This document shows, in pieces, positions 1 to 13,764 of a DNA stretch of 64,000 nucleotides. This DNA is from Geosiphon pyriformis uo1 (lineage: Eukaryota > Fungi > Glomeromycota): NCBI GenBank assembly GCA_016748015.1, contig JAAOMT010000009.1:1737924-1801923 (forward strand). The letters are read 5' to 3'. The translations under genes were made by a program, and so were the position numbers. The notes under the pieces were generated by a model, which had not been told where the DNA came from, searched no databases, and saw only the letters and a list, made by a program, of their open reading frames with translations. The stretch's first letter is position 1. Each line of letters opens with the position of its first letter.

Positions 1-2674
1 AACATGAAGTTAATAACAAATTTTATCTATGAAGATATTATTTGTAGACATAGATACTTAATTAAACTTTTATCAACTCAGAAAACATATTTTGTAAACA
101 ATTTAATACAAAAAATTTGTGAATAATTCAATATTAAAAGACCACTTTTATTACTTTATTATCTATAAATAATAGACTGGTAAAATAATTTAACCAAACA
201 CTGTATAAATTATTAGCCAAAATTTTAATCAATTTTGAGCAAAAATAGAATATTTTTATTTTATTAGTGTTACTAGCTTATAAAACATTAAAACAAGATA
301 TTATAAAACACATATTATTTGACTTTATTTATAAGAGGACAGCAATATTACCAATTAATTTTAGAATAAAAACATACTCAGTACAACCCATTACAGAAAA
401 AAATTTTTAAAATACACTTCAATAAAGAGTTTATACTTTTTTCAATATATTAAAAAAAAAATAATAAATTGCAGTTACTCATATTAAATACTTTCAAGCT
501 TAACAAAAAAAATAACATAATAACAAATTATTATTAGCTATTAACGAATTCAAAGTTAGAAATAAAGTTTTTTTACATAAAACTAAGGCTAAAAAACAAT
601 AAAATAGAAAATTTGATCATAAATGAAATAAACTATTATATTTACAAAGTTTTAGGCAATAGATTATACAAGTTAAAACTTGATAACAAAATTTTAATAA
701 AAATTACACATGGAAATTGATTGAAACACTATTATTCCAAAATCAATTTTAAATTATTAATTCTATAAATTAGTACATATTCTCTTTTGATTAATCTTAA
801 AAATATTTCTCGAAATTTGAAATTAAAAATTGTAATACAACAATAACCAAATCTAAACATTTAAATTATTTAATTATATTAGTAATTTTTTTTAAATAAT
901 ACAGAAACATTAAACAAAAAATAGTAAAATAATTACCAGAAAATACCCAATTTCAAAAATATATAAAAACCACTATACCAAAAATAATTTTTTCCTTATT
1001 TTTTCAAATTACAAAATTTTATTATTTTTCTTTTCAATTTTATAATGCTTATTCTCTAAAATATTTAACAAATCTTCTAAAAATTAATGTTAGCTTTGAA
1101 AACACACTCTAACTTATTTATAACAATTAATAAAAATCAAATTAATTATATTCAAAAAGAAATTACAGTCTTAATAGTAAATAATTCGAATTATTACTCT
1201 TATAAAAAAACACAAAAAGTTATTCTAGAAGTCAATTACCAGAACTTTTAAAACAAGTTTTAAAAAAAGATTATTGTTTATCCCTATAAACATTCCTTCA
1301 AATACCACAATACAACAAAAACTTTAACTGTATTTTAATAAAAGCAGTAAATATATCCTTATTTATTGATACTTTCAAATTAAGAAAACATTGCATCAAT
1401 GAAAACTAAAACTTAAAGCAACCAATCTTACTTATAAAGCTATACAAAAACAAATTCACAACAAATTTAAAACAACAGCTAAACTAACAAATACTTATTA
1501 CAAACTTAAAGCAGTTTTTAAACTCTATAACTTATTTAATACTTGTAAAAATGGTCTACAAAATTCAATACTTCAATCAATAAAGATTTAATACATTGGC
1601 AAACTTACAGAACTGAAATTTTAACAATTTTCAGACCAAATTACATCAATAATCTTGGATTATGATTTTGATATTACAGATAGTATTTGGACTTTGATAA
1701 AGCTCAGTTTTAATGAAAAAATTATGTTATTAGTAAAATTTTAATTATTAATTAGCATGAAATTATTTTTATAATTTCTATTATTAATTAATATATATTA
1801 TTATCATTTCAATTATCACTTATTATTTAATCAAAACTATTAAATATTACTATTTAATTAATAATTTAATTTATACAATAGAAATTATAATAATCAGATT
1901 ACATAATACTCGAATTATATAACATTCAAAAATTCACCAAAATTTGTAAAAATTTGTAAAAATAATAGATAGTTTACCAAAATAGTTTATAATTCATAAA
2001 AATAACTTATGGTTTGTTAAAATATATCTTTAATTTGTTAAAATTATAGCAAAGAGAAAAGTTTAAGTTCATAAACTAGTACTAAAACAAGTTGTATAAA
2101 AAAAACTTTTTTCTTTGAGAAAATATATCTTATTTTATCTTATCTAATTTAAAATTATCTTACTTTAAAAATATTTTTACATTTATTAATAAAATAATAC
2201 TTCAAAAACAATTTATTAATTATTTGCACTTAAAAATTTCCCAAAATTCAATTAATATTTTGAAATTGATTAACTATAAATTTATTAATCTATTAGTAAC
2301 TTTTAAATTTAAACAAAAGATATTTCTTTTAACAAATTTTCATTTTTTTATTTTTTTTATTATATATATTAGAATAGTTTACAAATAAAATTTTTGTAGA
2401 AAAGTTGATTTTTATAGCAAAATAATTATGCATTTTTAGTGAGCTTCTAAATAAGCAATTCTTAAAAAAGAGTTGATTTTTATTGAAAAGTAACTATATA
2501 AGTAATTGGCACAGAATTGGTTATTCTACTTATAAGTCCAATAGTTTAAATTATAAGAGATAATATAAAAATAAATTCAGTTATCAGAGATTCTATAACT
2601 TTTAATAATAGCAAATTCACAGCAAAACAACATTAATAATATTCAAAAAAAGAGATCAAAAATCTCTAATAACA
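1..2674 (+). mobile_element. Heavily AT-decayed 3' half of a Gypsy element of family B (integrase C-terminus, ORF3, 3' LTR)
   Basis: Colinear with ~47000-49200: gaataattcaatattaaaagacc at 121 and 47141; the tail aligns with LTR 39767-40777. Differences are overwhelmingly C>T/G>A. Confidence 0.9.
1725..2674 (+). repeat. 3' LTR of the old family-B Gypsy copy
   Basis: Starts tgttattagtaaaa (cf. tgttaccagtagaa at 39767) and ends ctctaataaca (cf. ctctggtaaca at 40777). Confidence 0.88.
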
Positions 2675-3223
2675 ATGTTTAAATTGAATTAGATATATTC
2701 TGAAAATTTTTTGAAGATTTTATATAATAAACAGAAATTTACTTAATAGTACTTAATAATAAATTTAATAATTTTTTCAGCTTAGTAACTAATTTATTTT
2801 AGTATTTATACTTTTTTAGTAAGTAATTTTAGTTTTTTAACTATTTTTACACTTTTTTTTGACATTTTTTATCAAACAATTCTTAATATTATAATTTTAA
2901 CACTTTTTTAAAAATTAATTAGTAATTCAAAATAAATATAATTAACAAAATAATAAAAAAATTATTAATATTTTGTTAATAATTATAATTAAAAACTATT
3001 GTTTTAATATTGTTATGTAGTTATTATAGATATTAATAGTATTAATATTATAATAATATAAGTTTTAATATAATAATTTGAATTTAAAAAACCAAAAAAC
3101 TCTTTCTTTCATTAATTCCCTAACCACAATGAAAGCTTGGAGTTGTTGAAAAGATAGTTTTTCTTATCCTTTTTTCCCTTTGTCCTTTTTGTTATTTCTT
3201 CAAATGTATCTCTATTTGTATCT

Positions 3224-5137
3224 ATGGATCCAGTGGACTCTTCTGCTGACACTTCAGGTTCAAGTTCAGCTGGGTTGGGGTCCCGGTCTGGCAGCAAAAA
3301 GATTAAAGCATGTGTTGAGAATGTATACTCGTGTGGTCCTTTATACAAGAAAACAAAGTTACCTGGTGTCTCTAGTGGCATTGTGGACTCATTGGCTGGC
3401 CCATTTTCAGTAGGTATGCTGTATAGTAATGGTGTTAGACTGCAGAAATCTTGGAGTAGTAAGGTGAATAGTAAAGAGACGGGTGTTAGTGAAGTGTCAG
3501 ATGTCAAGGATTTGAAAAACACGGTTGCTAAAGAGACAAGTTACGTGGATCTCAATGCTTCTAAGACTGATGAAATAGAAGATGATGCGACTCCTAAGAA
3601 AACACATATGAGGACTTTTGTTTTGGAACAGCTGCCCAAAGTGATTTCCTTTACAAGCATGAGTGATGATAATTCTAAGGTGGTGCTTCCTGGAGCTAAA
3701 TTTGCTGGATCCAATCGGCTGCCACCTGCAATTTTACGTGTTTTGGTACGTCGTGCTTTTGGACCAGTTAAATCATTCGCCTTGGATGTAGAATTGTCAA
3801 AAGTGTCTGAAAAGACTAATAGTAATAAGTTGATTTCAATTAAAAAAAATTTTTATTGTATTGATGGCTTTGGGGGGGCTTTGACTTCCTCAAAATTTTC
3901 TGAGATCATAAGATCAACATTTACGAATGAATCTAGTTTGAATAAGGCCAAATTAATAGTGGTCAATGAAAATATTATTGTTAACAGTGATCTTAAGAAA
4001 GTAAACATTCGTTCGAATCAAGAAATGATCGTCAAGAAAATTCCTGTTGATCTTTCAAAATCAGCAATTGAGGCAGTGTTTTCTAAGTTTGGTGTGATTA
4101 ATTCAATCAAGATACAGTTGATCGGTTTGTGGCAAAAAGCTGTTATTGAATTTGAATCGGCTAAAGTTGCTTGTTTGGTTGCTTCTAAATGGTTTGTTCT
4201 TGTGGGAAAAAATTCTGTGTGAATAGCTTTGGCTGTTGGTGATAGACAGACATGGGTGTTAAGGGACCATCATTAGGCTTTGTTTTACACTCTTCCAATT
4301 GGTATGACTGCTCATAATTTAACGGACTTATTGGAGTCTTATAGTGAGAAAATGTGTTTTATTGGCTGTAATCTTAGCTCATATGTGTGTGATAGATGTG
4401 CTATTATTTGTTTTGAGAATGAAACTTCTAAATTGGCTGCTTTTGGTTCGGTTCCAGTTTTTAAGGGAGTGAATTTGCACTGGGCTGGTTTTTCTCTGGC
4501 TTACTGTGCTACATGCAAACAGTATAGTCATACTAATAAGATGTGTTCAGTAGGTGGGAATTCTGGTAGCTGTGGGAAAAGGGTAGTGACTGATCTGGAT
4601 TGTGTTTGTTTGGCCAGCATTTATAAGAAGAAGCAGGCATCTGTAACTCATCTAGTTTTTTTTGGTGGCAGAAATTGGGCATTAGTGATTGGTGCTCTTT
4701 TGGGATGTAGTTTTCATGGTGCTGGTTCAATTCTTGGTTCCAATAAAGTTGGTAAACCTCTCCCTCCTGTTGCGAATGATTTGGAAAAGCGTTTGGTGAA
4801 TATTGAAAGCAGTTTCATCAGTCTCGCAGGACAAATTGGTAAGTTGGCTAAGAGGTTGAATTCACTTATGCCAGCAGTTCTTTAGTCTAGCCCTGGATGT
4901 CAGCTGCTGGTAACCCCCCCATTACAGAATCAAGAAGAGGATATAGTGATGGGAGTGGGTTTGGGTAATGTCACTAGTGACAAGACTGCTGCCATTCTGG
5001 GTTCAACTGCCTCACCTGAGATTGTGAAATTGGAAAACATGTTGGAAGGTCTTTCTGCTTTAATCATGAGCCTATTAGCATGCTTGGATGGTTTGGCTTT
5101 AGCAAATGGTGCTCCTCCTTTACCTCTTTCTCAATGA
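3224..5137 (+). pseudogene. LINE-a ORF1 (RRM-like domains, CCHC knuckle, coiled coil)
   Basis: One frame broken by stops; RRM-like IPVDLSKSAIEAVFSKFG..AVIEF; knuckle CATCKQYSHTNKMC. Confidence 0.85.
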
Positions 5138-8100
5138 GTGGTCTGGTATAGAAAATTGCTACATATAATATTCGTGGGTTGAACAATTCTGTGAAGCTAG
5201 ATGATGTTATTTGTTGGCACAAGGATATAAACAATTTGGTTTCTATTTTTACAGAGTTAAAGCTTAAAAGAAAAGTTCACCCATGGTTGGCTAACAAATT
5301 TGATGGTGTTCGGATTTTTACTTCTGATCTGAATTCTGGTTTTTTGGATGCTGGGTGTTAATTGTTGTGAATTCTTCTTTAGCAAAACACATCTGCAAGG
5401 TCTCTGAGATGTCTGGTCAGCTCCTATCCATCAAGTTGCTTTTCAAAAATAAACTTTCAGTGTCTATTTTGGGGCTCTATGCTGGTGTTTCATCAGTGGT
5501 TCAGTTTTTTCAGGCTGGTAAGATCAACTCTCTCATTGCTAAAGCTGTTAATGAGTTTTCATTTGTTATTCTTGGTGGTGATTTTAATGAGAATAGTTCG
5601 CACAAATGTGCCAGTTTCAAAAAATGTTTTGATTTAAGTTTGATTAACTCTCTGGGGAGGAGCTCTTTTGTGAAGTTATCTACTTGGTGCAATTCTCATA
5701 ATATCACTAAGACACTTGACTATGTGTTTATTTCTTCTAATTTGGTTAATATGGTGGTGGATTGTGATGTGGATGGCATTGAGGACTATTTTAATACTGA
5801 TCACAAGGCTGTTTATGTTTCTGTGGAACTGGGTGGCCTGCTCGATGTCTAGTTGAACTTACTGCACAAACAAGCTAATAGAGATTGTTGGAAGTATGAT
5901 ATCAAAAATGCCAGTGAGATAAAGTGGTCAGAATTCAGGAATGCTATGGCTGCTAATGCTGTTATGTTCTCGGATAAGTTTGTTGCAGCTAAGCAGTTTT
6001 CTGATCTGGATGTGATGTGAGACATTGTTTATAAGATTATGGTTCTTTCAGCTGGTAGAACATTCAAGAAAAAATGGTTTAAGAGTTTTAATTGTGTTTT
6101 TAATAAGGTATCTTCCTGGTTTCATAAACTGGAACTACTAGTGTCTAAACTGGTAAAGGCTTCTCGGTTGGTTTCTGGTGGGGATTTTGCCTTGTTGTTG
6201 AATACTTGAAACAGGCTTAATTCTGTGGGTGCTTCACCAGTGAAATCTCTGTTTCTTTCTGGCACCAGTTTTGATGCAATCTATTCTGAGCTGGCTAAGG
6301 CGAGGAAGTCTTACCACTCTTCTAAGTTGTTGGAATCTAAGCATGCTAAAGAATTTAGTGTAAAACAGGCTATTGAGAAGAGAATAGAGAGTTTTGAGGT
6401 GGATAAGGGTCACACCATTAGAAGTGTTTTGGAGTGTTCTTTTTATAAAGTGGTGTTGGATCATTTGGTAAATGGTGGGGAGTTGGTCTTGGAGCCTGAG
6501 TTGGTTAAATCTAAGGTAGATGGAATCATGAAGGGTTGGACTAGAAAACATGTGGTGGCTTCTGATATCTCTGGTGATTGGGCAAGGCAATTTCGGCCTT
6601 TGAATTATGTCTTTGATGGTGTCTTCTCTGATGTAATGCATTCAATCAGTTTTGATGAGATGTTTGGTGTTATTTCAAATTTACCCAATGGGAAAGCGGC
6701 TGGTCTTTCTAGTATTACTAATGAACTTTGAAAACACTGTGACAAGTCGGTCTTGGATATGCTTTTGGTGCTCTTAAATTTTTGTTTGGATTGTGAGTTA
6801 GTGCTTGGACCTTGGAGGAAAGCCTGGGTCTCGATGATTCCTAAACCTTACAAATGGGAGAGAGTTTTTACAAATACCCACTCCATTGCTTTGATTGAGA
6901 CAGCTCACAAGGTCCTTTCCAAGATCCTTTTAGATCAGATCTTTCTGGCTTGTAGCACTTTTGATGTTCTCTGTGGGGACAATTTCTCTGTCCTGAAAGG
7001 TATGTCTACTCAATCACCTATCTTTACTATTAGTTTGGTGATTGAAGATGCTTTAGAAAAGAACTAAGAGTTGTGACTGGTTTTACAGAATATGTGCAAA
7101 GCTTATAATTCTGTTGGTTGGGAGCATCTCAAGAAAAGTTTGGTTAGGATCAAAATATGTGACAAATTTATCAGATTTTTTGGTAGTGTTCATAATGGTT
7201 ACACTAACAGAGTAATGACAGATTTTGGTTTGACTGATGGATATTATGTTTACAATAGATTGGATTAGGGGAAGGTTTTTTTGCTACTTCTTTGGTGCAT
7301 ATTTTATGACTTGCTTTTGTGTGAGGTTAAGAGACAGAAGAGCATTTGTGATTACAGGTTGATTTCTTATTTTATTTCTAAGACTGGCCAGGTAGAATTT
7401 CAAGCTGAGCTGATGTCGTTTCTGGCTGCTGGTGCTTTTGTTGATAATACTATCTGGGTTGGTAGCAGCCAGACTGCTACACAACACATCCTCAATGTTG
7501 CTAGTGATTTCTTTTGTTTAAATAACATTTCGATAAACAATGACAAGACTGTGGCCATTCCTATTAACTGTTGGGTTACTGCTCCTTACCTAACTATCAG
7601 TGGTATGCCAATTTCCATTGCTAAAAGAGGTGAACCTCATCATTATCTAGGGATTTTTTTATCTTCTAAAGATTTTTTGAAGTCTAGCTTGGTTAAAGTG
7701 CATTCAGATGTTCAGTTTTTCATCAACCTCATTCTGAAAAAAGTTATTTCAGATAAACAGTTTGCTTATTTGGTGTCTTCAGTTCTCTTTCCTATTGTCA
7801 GCTACAGAATTCAGTTCAGTTTTATTCCTCTCAGTGTGTGTAATAAGTGAGACACTTTGATTTGCAAGAGCCTGAAGTTCAAATTTGGACTGCCTTTGGA
7901 CTTTCTTAATGATGTGCTTCATTATCCTTCCTTGTACAATTTAAAAACTTTTGAGCAGATTCAGGCTGAGAGCAAGTTGGCTTCTGTTATTGCTTTTGTG
8001 AATTTAGTTGGTGTTTTGGGTTACTTGTTTTCTCATAAGTCTCATGATCTCCAGGTTCTCAGCTAGCGTTCTCGTCACCCTTTGTTGTTTCCTGTTTGTG

Positions 8101-9821
8101 TTGAAGTCAGTCCTTTGAACAACTTTTTGGCAGATGTGGTTTGTATTTTTTCTGGATGTGATTTGTCTTTGGGTGGCTCTCTGGCTGGTGCTTTTCGTCT
8201 TCAAAATGGTACTTTTATGTTTCTAGTTCTCAGCAAGACAATTTTCTTCAAATGTGTTTTTTTCCTTAGGCGTTATAGTATTGCTTTCGTAGAACAGCTT
8301 TGTGACTGGAATGGTGTTGTTTTTGATTAGAAGACTTTCAAGTGTTGGAAAAGACTGGACCTCTATGGCCCAGTCCCCTTCTGGTTTGATCTCTCTGTAC
8401 ATTTTCTTGGTGGTATAGCTTTTTCTTCTGGTCGTTCTCCTCATAAGAATGTTTTTGGCTCTTCTGACATCTGTCAGTCTCTTGGTTTTGGTGTTATTTG
8501 TAATGATCTGTTGAATGTTGGTGCTGCCTGCCTCTCTGTGTACACAGATGGATCTCTGAGTAACTTGGGCACTGTTGACATGTTGGCTGGTGCTGTGGTT
8601 TTTTTTGAGAACATTGATTCAGGTCTGGGTGTAGGGGTTTCTGGTTTGGTTTCTTCTACTTTGACAAAGTTGCAGGTCATTGCTTTGGCTCTTAAGTGTG
8701 TTTCTTTTTTTTGTTCAGTTAATTTGTTTTTGGACAGCCAAGTGACTATAGATGCTTGTAGGTCGGAGTCTTTATCGGTTGGCCCTGATTTCAGGAATTG
8801 TTGTTGAATTGAGCATTGTTACATTGCCAATGTCATTCATCGCAGAAATTTGGATGTTAATTAGATTAAGGTTAAGGGCCATTTGGGTGTTTTAGACAAC
8901 AAGCGTGCTGATGTGCTGGCTAAGAATGTTACCCTTTCTGTTTGGCACCTGCCACACTTGGTTAGTGAGAGGTTTTTGAAGACTGGTGTTGATATGGTTT
9001 CTGGTAATTTGAGGCATTTTGTTCATGATGTATTCAGGTCAATCCATTACACGCATTGGGAAGTTGGTTCTGGTTTCTGAGTTGTTCTAGGTTGTTTGTG
9101 TGCTGATATTGACTGGTTGAGGTTTTTTTTGGTGTGGCACCTGGATTCCCACATGGCAACTGATTTTACTAATATTCGGATGGCTGGTTTTCATACATAT
9201 TTCATGAAAACCCTTCATTATTACCTTCTTGTTGCTGTACGAAAGCATCTGTATGATAGGGGTTATTCCAGTGTAGTTTGTTTGTTCTGTGATGAGGTTG
9301 AAATCTCAGACCATGTCTTTTTTTGCTCTTCTGATGCTAATAGTCGCACCAGTTTGTTGGATGCTTATGCAGCTGCCTAGAAGGTGCATTCTGGTCTGTT
9401 TCATTCTTCTTTGTGCATTTTGCAATTGTTGTCGACTTGCATTTCAGATGTGACTGTCAGTATGGCTCTGTGTAAGGGCTTTGTTTTCAGTGATTGGTAT
9501 CACAAGTCTGTTTCTGTTTACAAGAATTCTAAGGTGGCAGTGGTCAATGTTGTGAATTTTGTACATGAATTTGGTTTTGTATTTTGTGATAATATCTGGC
9601 TGGTCCATGCAAAACACCAGGCCATTATGGAAAAAAATAAGCTGATTCCACATGATAGTTCTATTCCTGTTGCTGTTTTTGGTTTTTCTATGTGGCTTTC
9701 AGCTGGGGTAATTAGGTTGTTGGGTGTTGTTGATGCACTTGGCATCAGTTTTGGGTATTGTAAGCATTGTTTGTTTTATGCTAGTGTTGGTAACATGGCT
9801 TCTGTTCATATAAGTGCATAA
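5134..9821 (+). pseudogene. LINE-a ORF2: AP endonuclease - reverse transcriptase - RNase H - C-terminal Zn finger
   Basis: ILGGDFNE, KTLDYVF, TDHKAV (APE); MIPKP, AFVD(N) (RT); VYTDGS, LFLDSQ, KVKGH (RNase H); CLFC..E..DHVFFC. Confidence 0.92.
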
Positions 9822-11099
9822 TGTTGTTCTAACTAGTCTGAGTGTCTAGTCACATATAGCAAAGGCATGATTTGCATCTAGTTTAGATCATTAATATGAT
9901 GTATAACACTAGGTGGCATTTGGACTTCACTTATAAAACTTTAATAAAAAAAAAATTTGAATTTATTAATTGACAAATAAAATAAAAATTTTATTAAATA
10001 GTTTAATTAATTTGTAGTTGTTAATAAAAGTAAAAGTAACTAAAATAATCTTAAAGTAAATTTGTTTGTTGTTTTGTTTAAACAATTAATTTATATTTTT
10101 TTAATTTTCTATTATTTTTGTTATATATATATAAATTTTTATAATATAAAATTTCTAAAATTCTTACAATTTTTTTAAGTTTTTGTTGAAATTTTTGGTA
10201 TTTTTGCTAATATTTTTGCAATTTTTTTATTTGTTATTAGTTATTTATATGAATAATATTATCTTTTTTTTTAATATTAAGCTTTTGTAAAATCTTTTAA
10301 GTTTTTTTTGAATAAGTTTGCATACTTTTTTTTATTATGGTCTTAAAAACTTCTGTTTTTAGCTTTTTAAATTATAAGTTGGTTATTTTTCTAATTAGTT
10401 TGCTGTTAAATTCTCTATAATTAAATATAATAATATTTTATTATATTTATAAAAAATTGTATATAGTTGGTAAATTGCTTTTAAATAAATTATTAAGTTG
10501 TTTTTTTTAATAAAGTATTCTATCTGTTATAGTATTTTTTTGTCAAACATCTATTTAAAATTGTTAATATATAATGTCTAAATATTTAGTTATTGTTTTA
10601 AGTAGTAATAACAATATGTTATTAGAACCTATTTTTTTTAACTTTTTCGGTCTTTTTTTATTAGTTTTTCTGACTAAACACTTGTTATTGAATTTTTGAA
10701 AGTTTTTTTTACTTCTTTGATCATAGTTATTTTTTTGATTTTAAGTTTTGTTTTATAAGATTTTTTTAGTTGTTTTGTTTTTTTAAGTGTTTTTATACTG
10801 GATTTTTTTGTTTATTAATTGTTATTTTTATGTCTAAGTTTTTGGTTTCTAATATTTAAAACAATTATTGTGTTATTATATATATTTCATTTATTATTTC
10901 CATTTTTTGTTTTTATTTTCTATGTATTTTGGTTATATTTATAACAATTTCTAGTTTTGTAACATACTAACTTTAATAATAAAAATTGGTTTTAAATCTT
11001 ATAAAATTTTATTTGGTTTAATTAATATTCCTTGAGCTTCTAATTAAAATGTACTGAAGATTGTTAATATTTTACTATAATATAACTTTAATTAATTTT

Positions 11100-11808
11100 T
11101 ATGTACTGTTTTAATTAAGATTTTGTTTTCTAATTGTAGTTTATATAATCTATTTTCAAGTATTTTTTTAATATAAAATGATTTATCTTATTTTGGGTTA
11201 AATTTTTTATTTTATTGTTTTACAACTTTTGTATAATATAAAAATATTTTGTTTTTACTCTTAAATTTAGTTGGTTTGTTAATAATTAACTATTATATTT
11301 TTATTGTGATTTTTTAATACAATTAACTGCTTTTTTTTTGTTTTTTAAAATTTTTATTAAGTTATATGTTTATTTTAATAGTGTAATTTAAAATATGTCT
11401 TTTATTATTAGTTTTGTTAAATATGTTATTATTATTTATTTATTTTTATTAATAATATTGCTATTTTGTTATATACTAATTTAAATAATATTACTTAAAT
11501 AGTATTTTGCTTTATTGTTTAATAAGCAAATAGTACTAATAATATAAATATGTTTTATTCTTTTTGGTTTTTTTGATTAATTTTGACTAATGCTTTATAT
11601 AATATTCTCTTGAATTTTTTGATTAAGCCATTTGTTTATAAATAATATAATAACAATAGTTTTTTGATTTCAAATTTTTAACTTAATTTTGCTAATATTT
11701 TGTTTACAAAATAAGTTCTTTAATTTAATAATAATTTATTTAAATATCTATATTAATATATTAAGTCTTAATAAATAAATTCAATTATTAATTCTGCATT
11801 AGTTTTTT
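11100..11808 (-). mobile_element. Relict Gypsy integrase (extremely decayed); continues at 18589-19877
   Basis: Minus strand near 11610-11650 reads like PYHPQTNGLIE.F (aaacaaatggcttaatcaaaaaaatt); GPY-like region near 11360-11400. Confidence 0.5.
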
Positions 11809-11958
11809 GTATGGCTTAAAAAAACTTTTCTCTCCTTTGTCTAAAATTCCCAAAAAAAAGTCAAGTATTTTTTTGAGAGAAGTTTTTTTACCATTTAGTA
11901 TGATAAATCAAAACCATTTTTTGATTATGAGGCCACTGTTGGCCCTGTTATTGCTGTT

Positions 11959-13764
11959 ATGAAGAAGACTATTAAAGTTTTTGGTTCTGAAGATGGTTTC
12001 AAGACTGTTGTATCGAGAAAGAAGAGGAAGAAAGGTGTATTGGTAGAGAGTATTGATAATAGTGGAGTTGCTGCTAAAGCTTCTGGTGCTCGTTCATGGG
12101 GTTTTGAGACTGGTGACACTACTGAGTCTGAGAGTATTGACATGAAAGAAGAGTGCTTGGTTGAAAAAACCAGTGTTGACTATAATGAGAGTAGTACTTA
12201 CACAAAAGAGAATCCTGATTAAATGCCAAAAAGTTTGTATGTGAAAACCAAGAAGATGTTAGGGAAGCCACTAGATGTGATTGATTATAGTACTGTCAAT
12301 ATGGAAGGTAATGTGTTGGATGGTTCTTTCTTTCTCCTGCCCTCTTTTCCTATAAAGCCATCCGTTCAGGTGTTTGTTTGCAAGTCCTTTGCTTTAGATA
12401 TTGATCTTGTGGCCATTGCTGAGAAGTCTTCTTAAGAGAAATTAAGTTTTGTCAAAAAATTATTTTCTGGTGTGAATGATTTTGGGGGGGCCTCCACTCT
12501 TTCAAAATTTGGTGAAATTATATGGGCTACTTTTACTTTGGAAAAACCAATAATGACTGCTGAGAAATTGGCAAATAATCATGGTGTTGTGGTAAACACC
12601 AATCTAAAGCACCCAAACAACAATTATATGAATTGGGCAATTGTGATAAAAGAAATTTCTATGGGAACTTTTATGAAGGCTGTGCATGCTGCCATTTCCA
12701 AGTTTGGATTGATTAAGTTGATCAAGATGTAGCTGGTGGGTCTGTGACAAAAAACAATTATCGAATTGGAAGATCAGAATCAGGCTGATCTCTTGGCATC
12801 CAAATGGTCTATTCTTATTGGAAAGAATGCAGTACATATGGCCAGAGCCAATGTTGACAAACAGACATGGGATTCCAGGGATGAATTCAGGGTGCTGCTT
12901 TACACTCTTCCTGTAGGAACAAATACTCATGACCTTTGAGATTTCATTGGTTCAGTTGGTGGGAAAACATGTGTTATTGATCATAATCCTGTTAGCTATG
13001 CCTGTGTCTGCTGCACCACTATTTGCTTTGGGTCTGAATCTGATCTGGTTAGTGTAATGGCTGCAACTCCAGTTATAAAAAGAATTGGTTTCTGCTGGTC
13101 TTGCCTCTCTTTGGTGCTGTGCTCGGTTTACAAGATTCTTGGTCATACATCTCTCAATTGTGTTTTAGTTAAGGTTGGTTCAACCCTGAGGGACAGAAAG
13201 GCTCCTCTTTCTGCTCAGAATCAGGTCAGATTGGTGATTATCTATGCAAGAAAATTCATGCCCATTTCTCATCCATTGGCCTTCAGTGGTAAGACTTGGA
13301 CATCAGTAGTTGGTGTTTCTCCTGTACACAATTCTCATGGTGCTGGTTTGCTTCTCGGTTCTAACAAAGTTGGAAAACCTTTCCCTTTTGTTGCGAAGAA
13401 TTTGAATATGCATTTGATAAATATTAAAAACAGTCTCATCAGCCTTGCAGGACAAATTAATGAGTTGGCTAAGAAGTTGGATTCATTCGTGCTGGCAGTT
13501 TCCCAGCCTAGCCTTGGATGTCAGCTGCCAGTGACCCTCTCATTACAGAATCAAGGGGAGCATATAGTGATGGGAGTGGGTTCAAGTGAGACCATCAGTA
13601 ATGGGACTGCTACTGCTTCAGTAAAGAACTCGTCTACATCCTCCCATGTTGCTAAGTTAGAAAATATGTTAGAAGGTCTTGCTGCTTTGGTGCTGAGTTT
13701 GTCTGCTTGTTTTGATGGTTTGGTTCTGGCTAGTGATGTGCTTCCACAACCTCCTTCCCAATAA
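11959..13764 (+). pseudogene. LINE-b ORF1
   Basis: Homologous to LINE-a/c ORF1 (KSFALDI, FGGAST.SKF, decayed knuckle CSVYKILGHTSLNC). Confidence 0.85.

Larger units (their letters stand above)
3087..9953 (+). mobile_element. Full-length non-LTR retrotransposon LINE-a (L1/Tx1-like architecture with RNase H), inactivated
   Basis: ORF1 + ORF2, 3' poly(A), 12-bp TSD AATTTGAATTTA at 3075-3086 and 9954-9965. Confidence 0.93.

Noticed and set aside
9966-11100. Further relict gag/LTR sequence on the minus strand
   Set aside because: Only faint similarity; too decayed to delimit.
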